Positions 52,016 to 64,000 of a DNA stretch of 64,000 bases are shown here, in pieces. The first letter of the stretch is position 1. Each line of letters begins with the position of its first letter. A program made the position numbers and the translations under genes. The stretch is from Octopus sinensis (lineage: Eukaryota). The notes under the pieces are model-generated. The model searched no databases. It was not told the DNA's origin and saw only the letters and a program-made list of their open reading frames with translations. The stretch covers positions 30,888,464 through 30,952,463 of the forward strand of contig NC_043011.1 of NCBI RefSeq assembly GCF_006345805.1, read 5' to 3'.

Positions 52016-52318
52016 GGAGGCGCAATGGCCCAGTGGTTAGGGCAGCGGACTAGCGGTCGGAGGATCGCGGTTTCGATTCCCAGACCGGGCGTTGTGTGTG
52101 TTTATTGAGCGAAAACACCTAAAGCCCTACGAGGCTCCGGCAGGAGGTGGTGGCGACCCCTGGTGTACTCTTTCGCCCCAACTTTCTCTCATTCTTTCTT
52201 CCTGTTTATTGGGTAACGCTGAGATTGACTGGCGTCCCGTCCAGCTGGAGGGAACACATACGCCACAGAAACCGGGAAACCGGGCCCATGAGCCTGGCTA
52301 GGCTTAAAAAGGGCGCAT
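52016..52318 (+). mobile_element. tRNA-derived SINE (head 1, tail X)
   Basis: A box TGGCCCAGTGG, B box GGTTTCGATTCC, tail X. Confidence 0.9.
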
Positions 52319-52660
52319 AAAATTTTTTAAAAACTGTCATCCCAGTAGTTGTAGGTGTCTCGGAGCACTAATCACTAAGTTCGAGAAATATGTTGGAGAG
52401 ACTGGAATTGACATGGCTATCCAGTCTTAGCCAAGAAGTAATATGTCCACAAACATGACGGAGTTAAGACCGACACACACTGGAAGTTTTGCAAGCACTA
52501 TGTAAAGAGATGTTGTAAGTGTAATATAGGAATAGGTTATACAAGCATTAAAATTAACACCAAAACAAGCCACAACACATGCCAACGGCTTATAAAGCTT
52601 GGCAGTATAATGAAAGCGTGCAACAGAAATAAAATTACGGAAATACTTATTTTGTACCAT

Positions 52661-52705
52661 TTACTTGTTTCAGTCATTGAACTGCAAGCATGTTGGAGCA
52701 CCACC
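52661..52705 (-). mobile_element. SINE/LINE 3' tail fragment
   Basis: Reverse reads GGTGGTGCTCCAACATGCTTGCAGTTCAATGACTGAAAC, matching 2885-2926. Confidence 0.65.
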
Positions 52706-53597
52706 CTGTAGGGTTTAGATGTGCAAATAAGTCTGGAACTTATACTATTTTCTCTTTTGTCAAACCGCTAAATAACAAAGACTTAAGGAGACCAACACCA
52801 GCTGCTAATTGGTGGGGAGGAGGGAAAAACACAAGGACTCACATACATGCATGTATACATACATACATACATACATACATACATACATACATACATACAT
52901 ACATACATACATACATACACGCATGTATACATACATACATACATACGTACGTACGTACGTGCGTATATACATACATGCATGCATTCATACGTGCATATCT
53001 ACATAAATTCGGCTTTTTCTACCCAAAATGTTTCTTAAGCCAATATTTAGACTCTATAATTTATAACTTTATCTACTTCGATTTTAACCGTTGAAAGCGA
53101 ATTATTTCACGTTCTCTCGAAATTTCTAAATTGTTATGACGTCAAGAACATGCAGTTCTCGCTGGTAAGAACAAAGTTTCGAAAATGAATATAGAAACTC
53201 TAAATATTACTTTGGTTCAATGGCAGAAAGTCTATCATGTTTACAACACGTGTAGGTTCGAGACCGAAGAGTAGACTTCGTCCTTCCAAATGGTCTTTTT
53301 AACCATAATGCTATTATTTACAGCTTCAGCTATTTCGGGTTCAACCGTTAAAAACGAACACACACACACACACACACACACACATATTTGATAAACGTAT
53401 TTCTTGTTTTTGCACAAATCTTTGTTGACCTAATTCTGAATGTAAAGCATTATATTTTAGAGAGTCTCTTGAAATAAACTATTTACAAATCACCCTTCTT
53501 TCTCTTTCCAGGAAGTATGAGGAATACCATTGCAAATCAGAACACTGTTCTCAAAGTTACAAAGGATATTTCCAAGAATTTGGAGGAAAATTAGAAA

Positions 53598-54698
53598 ATG
53601 GAGCAAAGCAATAGTGTCAACGTTTGTGTTAGTGTTTTGGAAGAACTAAATACTAAAATGGTGGATGTTTATTTTCCAGTGATAACGTATCTCGGAATTT
53701 CAATGGCACTTGGAACAATTGGGAATTGCTTTGTATCATACATATACTATTATAAATTTGATGCGACAGCCACGCATATGTTTATTATAGCACTCTCTGT
53801 GTGTGATTTTCTAACTTGCATAATATGTATACCTATGGACGTTGTGATTCTACATTTTTCCTACACTTTTCACAATGATGCTGCATGCCGTGTGATACGT
53901 TATGTGGTAGCTGTAGCAGTAATCAATTCAGCTTTGATTGTATTTGTTATAGCAGTTGATAGATACATTCTTATATGTCGACCCCTTAAACAAAATATCT
54001 CCGTTAGAAATTCAAAAAAGATTCTAGCATTTTTTACAATCTTCACGCTTATTGTTTCTATACCAGCAATTTTTGTACACGGCAAACAAAACAAAATGGT
54101 GAAACGATGTGGAAATATAGGAAAGGAGTGTTCACTTATTCCCTATATAAATGGCACAATATATTCTTTAGCCTATTATTCTTTCGTGTCGACCGTTTGC
54201 TGTTGTATGTTAATAATTCTTTTGATTATATACTTATTAATTGGAATGCGCATTTGGAAAATTTACAAAGCGAAGAAAATTAAAGCAATTCAGTTTCGTG
54301 AAACTTTCACTACTCGCACCATTACCAAACTTGAAGATCAGTTTACAGATAGTCGTTCTTCAGTGATGCAACCATCCACTTTTGCACATCTTAAAAAACA
54401 ATCAATGCCACCAGCTCGGTCTAATTTAATATTCTTCATCATCACTTTGGTGTGGATTATCGCTTATATACCACATTTCGGCGGAGTATTCTGGATGTTG
54501 CTCGTTAAAGATTTTGAAGTCGTTGCAAGTGATAAAGAACTAGTGATTAACAAATTATTAACGTATTCTCTTTATCTCAGCTCTGCTCTTAATCCCTATA
54601 TTTACGGACTTTTTAATCGACAGTTTCGTAATGAATTGCTTGCTTTATTTCGCAATCTTTTCAAACCGTGTAATAAAAAAAATATCGAAATTCGTTGA
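53598..54698 (+). CDS. Class A (rhodopsin-like) GPCR, 366 aa, single coding exon; ligand unknown
   Basis: Seven hydrophobic segments; GN (TM1), LSVCD (TM2), TM3 Cys, AVDRY, ECL2 cysteines, YIP (TM6), NPYIY (TM7) and an FRNELL helix 8. No symbol can be assigned from sequence alone. Confidence 0.95.
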   Translation: MEQSNSVNVCVSVLEELNTKMVDVYFPVITYLGISMALGTIGNCFVSYIYYYKFDATATHMFIIALSVCDFLTCIICIPMDVVILHFSYTFHNDAACRVIRYVVAVAVINSALIVFVIAVDRYILICRPLKQNISVRNSKKILAFFTIFTLIVSIPAIFVHGKQNKMVKRCGNIGKECSLIPYINGTIYSLAYYSFVSTVCCCMLIILLIIYLLIGMRIWKIYKAKKIKAIQFRETFTTRTITKLEDQFTDSRSSVMQPSTFAHLKKQSMPPARSNLIFFIITLVWIIAYIPHFGGVFWMLLVKDFEVVASDKELVINKLLTYSLYLSSALNPYIYGLFNRQFRNELLALFRNLFKPCNKKNIEIR

Positions 54699-54856
54699 AG
54701 CCATCATTTTATAATCATTCATAAGTTCTTTTCAACTTAAAATATGCAGAAACTGGTATACATGATTTGCCACACAAAACTATTTTTCTTCGATATTTGA
54801 ATGTTATATGAAAACAAATATAAATCGTTCGGAATACGTAACTACACGGTTCTAAT

Positions 54857-55664
54857 TGTAGCATGACAGTTTCAGCCATTTTGAAATATGACTATAGCGA
54901 TTTCTAATATCTTCACGGTTTGAAAGACAAGGCAGAAATGATCTCGTTTGAGGTTACAGCCATCTTTGGCCAACTTGTTCCTGTTGTAACCACTAACCTG
55001 ATTGGTTGACACGTGACGCGATTTGTCTCTACTTATTTCGCGCAACTGTCCCAGGCCAGCCAATCACGGCCTTTGGTTAAGATCCCATTTCTTAAGCTCG
55101 TTTGAGCCACTTTACTTGTATATAAGGGAGCGTTTTCAGTATACTTACGTCTTTAGTTCCAGTCCTTGTAAGGACTAACTTCAGACCACAGCGCTACTCA
55201 ACCCAGCGATATACGATTGCTCCTGCTACAACTAGCGACGACGCTAATGTACACTCACCACAGGAAGCCTACTATCTTCGCCGTCGCCACCATCATGTAC
55301 CAACTTCGAGTCGCCTCTAACATCTTCGCTATACAAACTATAAACCAATTTCCATTATTAACTCTATGCTTTGTACCTTTCTATGCTACATGCATTCACC
55401 CTGATTGTGTCTGTCACACACACGAACACACAGACACAAAAACGTGTTGCATACGCACATATGTGCTAACACTTACAAACTTCTAACATCAGCACGATTG
55501 TAAATAAAATAATATTTATCTCTCAACCGAAGGCTTGTCGTCAATTCACCTATGTTCTTTTGGTACTGCATTGTATTTATGGCTTATAATAATTCGTTAA
55601 GAATATGACCACGTGCGATCGTATTCCCTACACAATGCGACCACGTGCGTTCATATTTCTTACA
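54857..55664 (+). mobile_element. Probable solo LTR (808 bp)
   Basis: TG...CA termini; 4-bp TSD TAAT (54853-54856, 55665-55668); ATTGG at 55001, CCAAT at 55060, TATATAA at 55119, AATAAA at 55503. The paralogous flank at ~2776 reads CTAATCAA as an empty site. Confidence 0.75.
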
Positions 55665-56030
55665 TAATCAAGTGAGAAAACAAACGGAAAAAAACAGCAC
55701 TCAACACAAAGAGTAGGAGTTAAATATACTATTATATAAAACAGTTTGTTTCGGCTCAATGCGACTTAAAGTTTCGCAGGCTACTAACAGTAACCCGGCT
55801 CATTCAGGCTTAGATTACCGAATGGAGAAACACAGGAAATCCAAGATGGCTACAAGAAATCTGGTTACTATTGGTCAAAGCGGATCATGCGGTGTTTATA
55901 GAGGTGAGATTGGCAATTTCAATAACATCAGATGCGTTACAAAGAAGCGTGGATGGACAAGGATCTGGTGACGTTTTGCTGCCTGCGAAAATGACAGAAG
56001 TAATACCGGTGATAAAGAGAAAGAGAGAGA

Positions 56031-56078
<48 letters not shown>

Positions 56079-56558
56079 CTGTATGTGTGTGTATGCGTGC
56101 GCTCGTTCGTGCATGTATGTGTGCGTGCTTGTGTGTGTGTGTGTGTGTGTGGTGTGTGTGTGTGTGTGTGTTGTGTGTGTGTGTGTGTGCGTGCAATTAC
56201 GTGTGCGTTAGTGCCTGCTATAGACGCGTACCCGTCGTATATATATATATATATATTCACTCGCCTGGTGTTGTTATCAACTTTGCCCCTCCGCAAATCA
56301 TTCCAAATTCTATTTAATTTGCTATGTGGGACCAACTGTTTTGACGAAGGCACATGTTGTAAACGCTCGAAATGTGGAGTAGATAAAACAGGCGACAAGG
56401 GTTATTTTTTATGTTGCTTGTCATGTTTTTCATTTGTTCCTTTCGATGTTCGCAAAAAATGTTCGGATTCCATGTTTTCGTATTTCGTATTTCATGTTTT
56501 CGTATTTTATGTTGTTTACGTTTTATGACGTACCCATATATGCATGTGTATTCGCATA

Positions 56559-56627
<69 letters not shown>

Positions 56628-56719
56628 ATTATATTATATATATACTTTACTAGTAAAAGGGTTATGTGCAAGAATAGGCATTAAACCAATGGTAATTATT
56701 CTGACCAGCCATAACCAAC

Positions 56720-56769
<50 letters not shown>

Positions 56770-56789
56770 AGCAAAGTATATTGCAAAGA

Positions 56790-57130
56790 GGGTGTGTGCA
56801 TCAAGGTCTCCTTGCTTTACTCCATTTTCCACAGTAAAAGATTCAAACACCATAATTAACTCTAGCTTTCATATCTTGATGCAAAGCCTTGACCATGTTT
56901 ACAAATTTTTCTGGGCTAACTATTTTCCTTAGAATTAGCCACAGGGCATTTCGATTAACAGTATCGAATGCTTTGCTCAAATCAACAAAGCAATGGTATA
57001 GAGCAAGATTCTGTTCAATGCACTTTTCTTGTAATTGTCTGACAGTAAAGATACAATCAGCTGTGCCCCTGGAGGAACAAAAACCACACTGAGACTCAGA
57101 CACGATATTTGGAAAAATAGAGGTATTTTT
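56790..57130 (-). mobile_element. RTE-clade LINE RT fragment
   Basis: SESQCGF..SRGTADCIFTVRQLQEKCIEQN...FVDLSKAFDTVNR and NGVKQG. Confidence 0.9.
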
Positions 57131-57134
57131 AAAA

Positions 57135-57357
57135 TACATACATACATACATATGCATACATACATACATACATACATACATGCATGCATGCATGCATACA
57201 TACATACATACATACATACATACATACATACATGCATGCATGCATGCATACATACATACATATATACATGCATGCATGCATTCATGCATACATACATACA
57301 TACATACATACATACATACATACATACATACATACATACATACATACATACATACAT
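57135..57357. repeat. (TACA)n / (TGCA)n microsatellite
   Basis: Read directly from the sequence. Confidence 0.95.
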
Positions 57358-57936
57358 GCAATCCGCCGATTCAACCAGGATAGGTTTTTTTTCTCTGAAC
57401 GTGAATATTAGATATATACATTGTATGAACTCCACACATAGAAGACACGTCTTTATGCTGAGCACTCTCAATACACAAATATACAAACATTACACATATC
57501 CAGGGCGTTGCATGATATAAACAAACTTATCATTCAGCACAATTTTTTTCCAAAAGTTAAACCCAAGGGAGATAATCGTCCAAGAGTTGTTACCCAAGAG
57601 TCGTCCCACACGACACTCTTCATTTATTGTTTTTGTTTACCGAAAATTCTCGTGACATCCCGTGAGTTTCCGTGTTTTAATCCAAAACGGAGACGAACGT
57701 CAATTTTTCTATATGATCGGCTTGAAGAATCGTTGAGATATTTTCTTAATCTGAAACCAATGGCAGCCTTAATACACAAAGAGAGAATCTTTATCCACCA
57801 ATGTAGTGTGAGCACTCATTCTCATGATTGGATACTTACGCATAAGGAATTGAACTGATACAAAAGGTAGAAAAACATTTATAGCCTATGCAATTTGCAT
57901 AATTCAAACAACACTAAGAGAAATATGTATATCGAT

Positions 57937-58855
<919 letters not shown>

Positions 58856-59245
58856 TTCCACGAACAGAACTACAAACTTCCTGAAGCTAATTAGATGCTT
58901 CACATGAAATTGTTTTGTTGTCACTATCAGTTTATTTGAAGATGCCGTTAAAAGTTGTTTACACGTTCATAATTGCAACAATGCATTGTTTTATCAGTTA
59001 TTGGCGTGTGAAATTACTCAAGTTTTAATGCATCACGTTCTGCTTTACACCAGGATGTATTATCTCTTAAACTCATGTTCGACCGTGTTAGTGTGTTTTG
59101 TCTGGCGCGTATGATCATGTGAGATGCTTAGTAAGATCGGTGGCGATGTGTTCATTGATGTACTATTAATGCTGTGCGTATAGCTGTTAACATTATTTCT
59201 TTACAAGTTATATGTATACATGCATAGATCGATAGATAGACAGAC

Positions 59246-59338
<93 letters not shown>

Positions 59339-59339
59339 T

Positions 59340-62300
59340 GTTTCTTTATTAGCCACACAGGGCTGCACAGAGATAGAACAAATTACAAGGTAGAGCTTTT
59401 CTGTTGAAGGTAAAAAAAAATAAAAAATTAAAATAAAAATTAAAAAAAGAGGGGTCGATCAAAAGGGATCGTAAAAAGAGAGAAAGAGGACAAAAAAAAG
59501 GGGGGGTTAAAAAAAGGGGGAGAGGAAAAATTGATCAATAGGGATCGTTATCACAGAAATGTCAATATGAAGTGTAAAGGGGAGGACAGGTGAGGTTTAC
59601 CCGTGGAAAGAAAAGCCTACGGAAAAGACCACGGTAACCTCGGTCAATGAAGTCACATGTTATATTTCCTTTTTTTTTTTTTTTGCAAATAAGCAACTCT
59701 CTGTATTAATTTTTACGGTTCATAGAATCATAGTCAAGGTGGCTTCGTCATTCATACGTGCCATCCTTGCTACATTCACCCATCTTTTTTTAAAACATTC
59801 ACTAGACAAAACTTGCCTCTCTACTCTCACTTTTTTCTTCAAGTGATACTTGAAGAAGTTGATGAGAGATTGACCAGAGAGGAAAGTGTTTGTCTCTAAT
59901 CCTTTCAGGCGCGTCCACCAGATACATTCTTTCGCCATAGCCACAAGTATGATAAAAATAGCTCTTCCTTCCCGTTTGAAGGAAGGAGGCGTGACGATGT
60001 TAACGATAGACTCGGCTGATAAACCGACACGTCCCACACGTGACAGCAGTCGTTCGACATAAGCCCACAGGTGGGAAATTGCTGGACACTGCACGATTGC
60101 GTGCAGAGCGGTTTCGTCGCTCTGCCCGCATCTCGGGCAGGTCGGCCCCGTGTTTCTCGAGCCATGCCTATAGAGCTTATCCCGAACGGGTAGCGCTTCT
60201 CGGTAGCACCGCCAGGCCAGGGATCTCTGGAAGTTGTCCATAGGTCCCGGGCCGAAAGTCGTTTGAAACAGGCGGGTCAGGTTCCTCGTCGACGCCCAGG
60301 TTTGCCCCGAGCTCGTCGTCGTACCTCCCCTCCACTAATCCCCTATAGAATGCTTTGGTTGTGTTGAAGTCACTCAAGGTCGACCCGGGACGGCAGAGTT
60401 GCTTGAGAGCAACGCGACACTCGCGGTGCCATTCGCCCTTCCTCGGCCTCTTTTTGATCCACGACTGTAGTTCGGTCATGGAGACGAGTTGCGGGAATGC
60501 GTGCCTCACAAACGGCGACCACACCTGTTCACCGTCGTCTACATAGAGCCGGAGATGTCGCAGTCTCAGCGCGTGTCTGCGCATCATCAACCACGGCATG
60601 CCCAGCCCTCCTTTTAACGGGTGTTACAGCAAATGGATCGCCTGACCATCGGGACGCATCCTTCCACAAGAAGCGGAAGGGATGCGTTCTAGTTTGGTGA
60701 TGGTAGGGTCGGGACAAGGTACGACGGTCAGGCGGTAGTAGATGATGGACGCGATGTACGCGTTCACCACTTCCGCCCGACCTTTTAGGGACAGTTTCCT
60801 CTCGGCCCATTGCTGGGCGAGAGTGACCACCCTACTCGTTATCTCGTTCCAGTTCTCCATTTGGAGGTCCGGACCGAACCAGACCCCGAGCAACTCAACC
60901 GGGCCGTCTGTCCAGCGTCCCACGACGGAGGTACTGGTGGACGGCATGGGCTTGCTTCTCCAGGTGCCGAGCCGCAAGCCCACTGACTTTTCCCGGTTGA
61001 TTTTTGCTCCTGTCACCGCTTCGTAGTCTTTCAGTGTCTCGCCGACCCGCTCGATGTGCTCGTGGCTTGACACTATGACGGTGACGTCGTCCGCGTATGC
61101 AGACACGCTCGTCCCGCATCCCAATTCTCGCGGGATGCCCCTTAGAGTCGCCAGCTTCCGCAGTAGTGGCTCAAGAGTCAATACGTATAGAAGCGCCGAG
61201 AGGGGGCATCCCTGACGGACCGAACGTGCAATGTCGAAAGGTCTCGATAGATGTCCATTTACGCGAATTACCGAACGGATGCCTCTGTACAAGCAGCAGC
61301 TATCCAGCCGCGGAAGACGGGACCGAAACCAGCCGCTCTCAGGACTGCCTCCAAGTATCGATGGTCTACCCTATCAAAGGCTTTCGATTGATCCAAGTTG
61401 ATCAGGGCCCCACCCATGCCAGGTTCGTTAACTACCCTGTCTATGATGTAGCGCATCAGATGGAGGTTGTCATGGATGCTCCGGCCCGGCACGGCGCACG
61501 TTTGTGCGTTGTCGACCAGTTTCTCGATGACAAGCGCCAACTTCTTGGCTAACACCTTTGTCAAAATTTTCGGTCTGCATTGAGCAGCGTGATTGGTCTA
61601 AAGTTATCTATAATGTTTCCCTTGTTTGGATCTTTCTTCAGCAGAGTTACAGCTCCTCGACTCACAAAACCGGGTATGCTCCCGTTTTGCTGCCAGTTGC
61701 AGTTATACCGCTGCCAAGACGTCTCCAAACAAGTCTGGCATACAATTGTAAAACTCGTAGGGTAGACCATCCAAACCCGGTGATTTGTCCCTCGAGCATT
61801 CTGCTATCGCTTCCTGCACTTCCGCCGCCGTGATGGCACCTTCGCAGCACCCTGCCTTTCTTGTCGAGAGTCGTGGCAGGCTATGTAGGTAGGCACTGAA
61901 GTCCACCCTACGTTCTTGCCCTCCACTCGTCCCGAACAGTCGGGCAAAATGCTGCTGAAAGGCCTCACACATTTTACTTGGTCGAGCAATTCGCGCCCCT
62001 GTTCATCTACCAGTGACCGAATGGTGGCTTTGTTGCCCTGTGCGCGCCTCTGCCACCCGGGCCTCTCTCGCGGCTCCAACACATTCGTTCCTTAGAGCAC
62101 GCATCCTAGCTCTGACAGCACATCCTTCGTGTTTGGCGTTGAAGTGTTGGTCGAGGCCAACCTCGCCGCCAAAACGTCGGATGCGATGCCGCTTCTAATT
62201 GCCTCTTCTAGCTTCTTAACTAGCTCACCCTCTACTCTATTTCTATCTATGGCTAGTGCTTTGCTGTACCTAATCGCTTCTGCTTTTACTGCTCTCTTGA

Positions 62301-64000
62301 GGGCAAACCACCATTTGTTGTTGATGATGGCTCCCGTCAAAGCCCTCTTTACTAGTGTGCTAATCCGGTCTCTGAAAACTTGTCTGGACGGGAATGATGC
62401 GTTCAGTTTCCAGTACTCAGGACCCTGTCTATGTGCCTTATCTAAGTCTAGCGTACACGTCACCAATTTGTGATCCGTGTAGCTGACTGTGTGGAATTGT
62501 GGACATCCTAAGTTATCCTTGTCTACTGTCCTACACAGTATCCTCTAGATACGATCTCGACGACCCACTGCGGTTGCTCCATGTCCACGTTGGTGCATTT
62601 GGTGGTCGAGTCGGTACCTGTCAGACAGTTGGAATCGTCTGAGCAGGTCTCTGAGGCATTTGCATCCCCTTCTGTTTCTGTCTCTACCCACGTAGTCTAC
62701 ATGCGTGTCCAAGGTAGCATTCCAATCCCCCACTAAGAGTAAAGGACGAGACGTTCCCAAGAATACTTCTAGACGTCGAAAGAAATCCGCCCGACCTGTT
62801 AAGGCGGTGCGTAGACTGATACGAGTCGAAAAGCGCACCTATTGCTGCCGTCAACATCCAGAACGACTAGTCTACCCTCCGGGTCTACGAATATCGTCTT
62901 GACTTCGAGATCCAGGCTCTTGTGAAAAAGTACCGCGGTGCCACTACCGCCCATCCTCGGCAGACAGGGAGCGAAATAAATGTTAAACTGTCCGCCAAAC
63001 ATGGACTTTAGGGCCCGTGGCTCGTGGAGTCTGGTCTCACTTATGGCTATGATTCCCAAATCATGTGACTTGATGTCATTTAGGAGGTATCCTTGTTTCC
63101 AAGGAGACCCCAAGCCACGCGCATTCACACAACCAATCTTGACCATGATTCTATTATTTGGGTGTGTGCTTTAAAACACAAAAATGAAAGTACAGAGAGT
63201 TACTTACTTGTGTCGAAAGTTTTGTTGGCTTCCTCGTTCTTTGATGTGTCTTCGAGGAGGTTTTTATACAGTTTTTGGGACAGATATTTCTGGAAACCCC
63301 CTACAGCATTTGGGAAGAGGGCTTTGAGTTTGTGGTGTTGTGTTTGTGTGATGTGTAGTATTTTGATGTGTTTGGGTGGTGTAGTGCGTGATGATTGCTA
63401 TTTTTAAAGTCATCTTCACAAATGTTGTGTATCCTGTGATGTCCTCCATTAGTTTGGAGTCTTTGGTGTCTATCGCTGATAGCATTGTTTTTGTGGTGTT
63501 GGTGCTTGTTTTGTTGTGTATGGAGTTTTCAGGGTTCAGGTATCTCCCTGCTTTGGTTGCGATTTCTTGTTTGGTTTTCTTGATCTTTTTCTTTTACCCC
63601 CTGTGGCTATTTGCCATTCTGTCGAACTTTCATCGTTAGATGAAAAGTCTGACGAATCAGCAGGGGGCAAGGGTTAAAGCGTCTGGTGTGTTTGTGCGGT
63701 TGTAGATTGTTGTGGTGCGGGGGAGGGTGTTGCTGGGGGTTTGTTGTGGTTATTGTCTCTCCTACATCCTTGGTGCTTGTCTTTTCGTTTTGTTATTTTG
63801 GTGTTGGAATTGGTTTATTTGTTGTTGGTGGTGATGATTCTGTTCTTGGCGCTGGTGGTGGGTTGTTTGGTTGGGTTGGCTTGTTCTTTGTTGTTTTTCC
63901 TGCATTTCCGCATACAGCTTCTTGACTAGCTGTCCATATTGTGGTGTGGGCAATAATGCTGGCTTTTGTAATTTTTCATGTGGCTGTTGTTGTTGTTGTA
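59340..64000 (-). mobile_element. Tx1/L1-type LINE: partial ORF1, full frameshifted ORF2, 3' UTR ending in (TATC)n
   Basis: Endonuclease start MVKIGCVNARGL...AISETRL (63146), GDWNA, SPGLDGLP, FRPITLLN, LDQSKAFDRVDH, VRQGCPLS, AYADD and a C-terminal CPRC...H zinc finger (59720-60241). AATAAA at 59345-59350 on the minus strand is followed by (TATC)n. ORF1 runs off the window. Confidence 0.93.

Larger units (their letters stand above)
50432..52450 (+). mobile_element. Decayed R4/Dong-type LINE interrupted by a CR1 3' end and a SINE
   Basis: GIFQGDSLSPLLFV, NHL..DDLK, EGYK|YLG, KIRAINTW and LHVPRYMGGRGL. Confidence 0.85.

Overview
This is AT-rich, microsatellite- and transposon-dense animal genomic DNA with one 100-N scaffold gap. 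It is most consistent with an octopus or other coleoid cephalopod; that is an inference from the SINE families and receptor type, not a database result. The only host gene family I can support is a tandem cluster of class A (rhodopsin-like) GPCRs, each coded by a single exon on the + strand. There is an intact copy (53598-54698), a copy with two 1-bp frameshifts (13864-14944) and a TM7/C-terminal remnant (~2490-2630). They lie in a mosaic of old segmental duplications. The rest is mobile DNA: a mariner, many R4/Dong-type LINEs in (AAT)n arrays, CR1, RTE and Tx1/L1-type LINEs, several Penelope-like elements (PLEs, one near-complete), modular tRNA-derived SINEs, a long-TIR non-autonomous DNA element and a probable solo LTR. 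The strongest leads are: minimal hammerhead ribozyme motifs in three PLE families, two with a U3-A8 core swap; a tRNA-head plus hammerhead cassette; SINE head/tail shuffling and a SINE-LINE shared 3' tail; apparently parallel Dong insertions at paralogous sites; and the diversifying GPCR cluster. All alignments were made by eye, so boundaries of degenerate elements are approximate (tens of bp).
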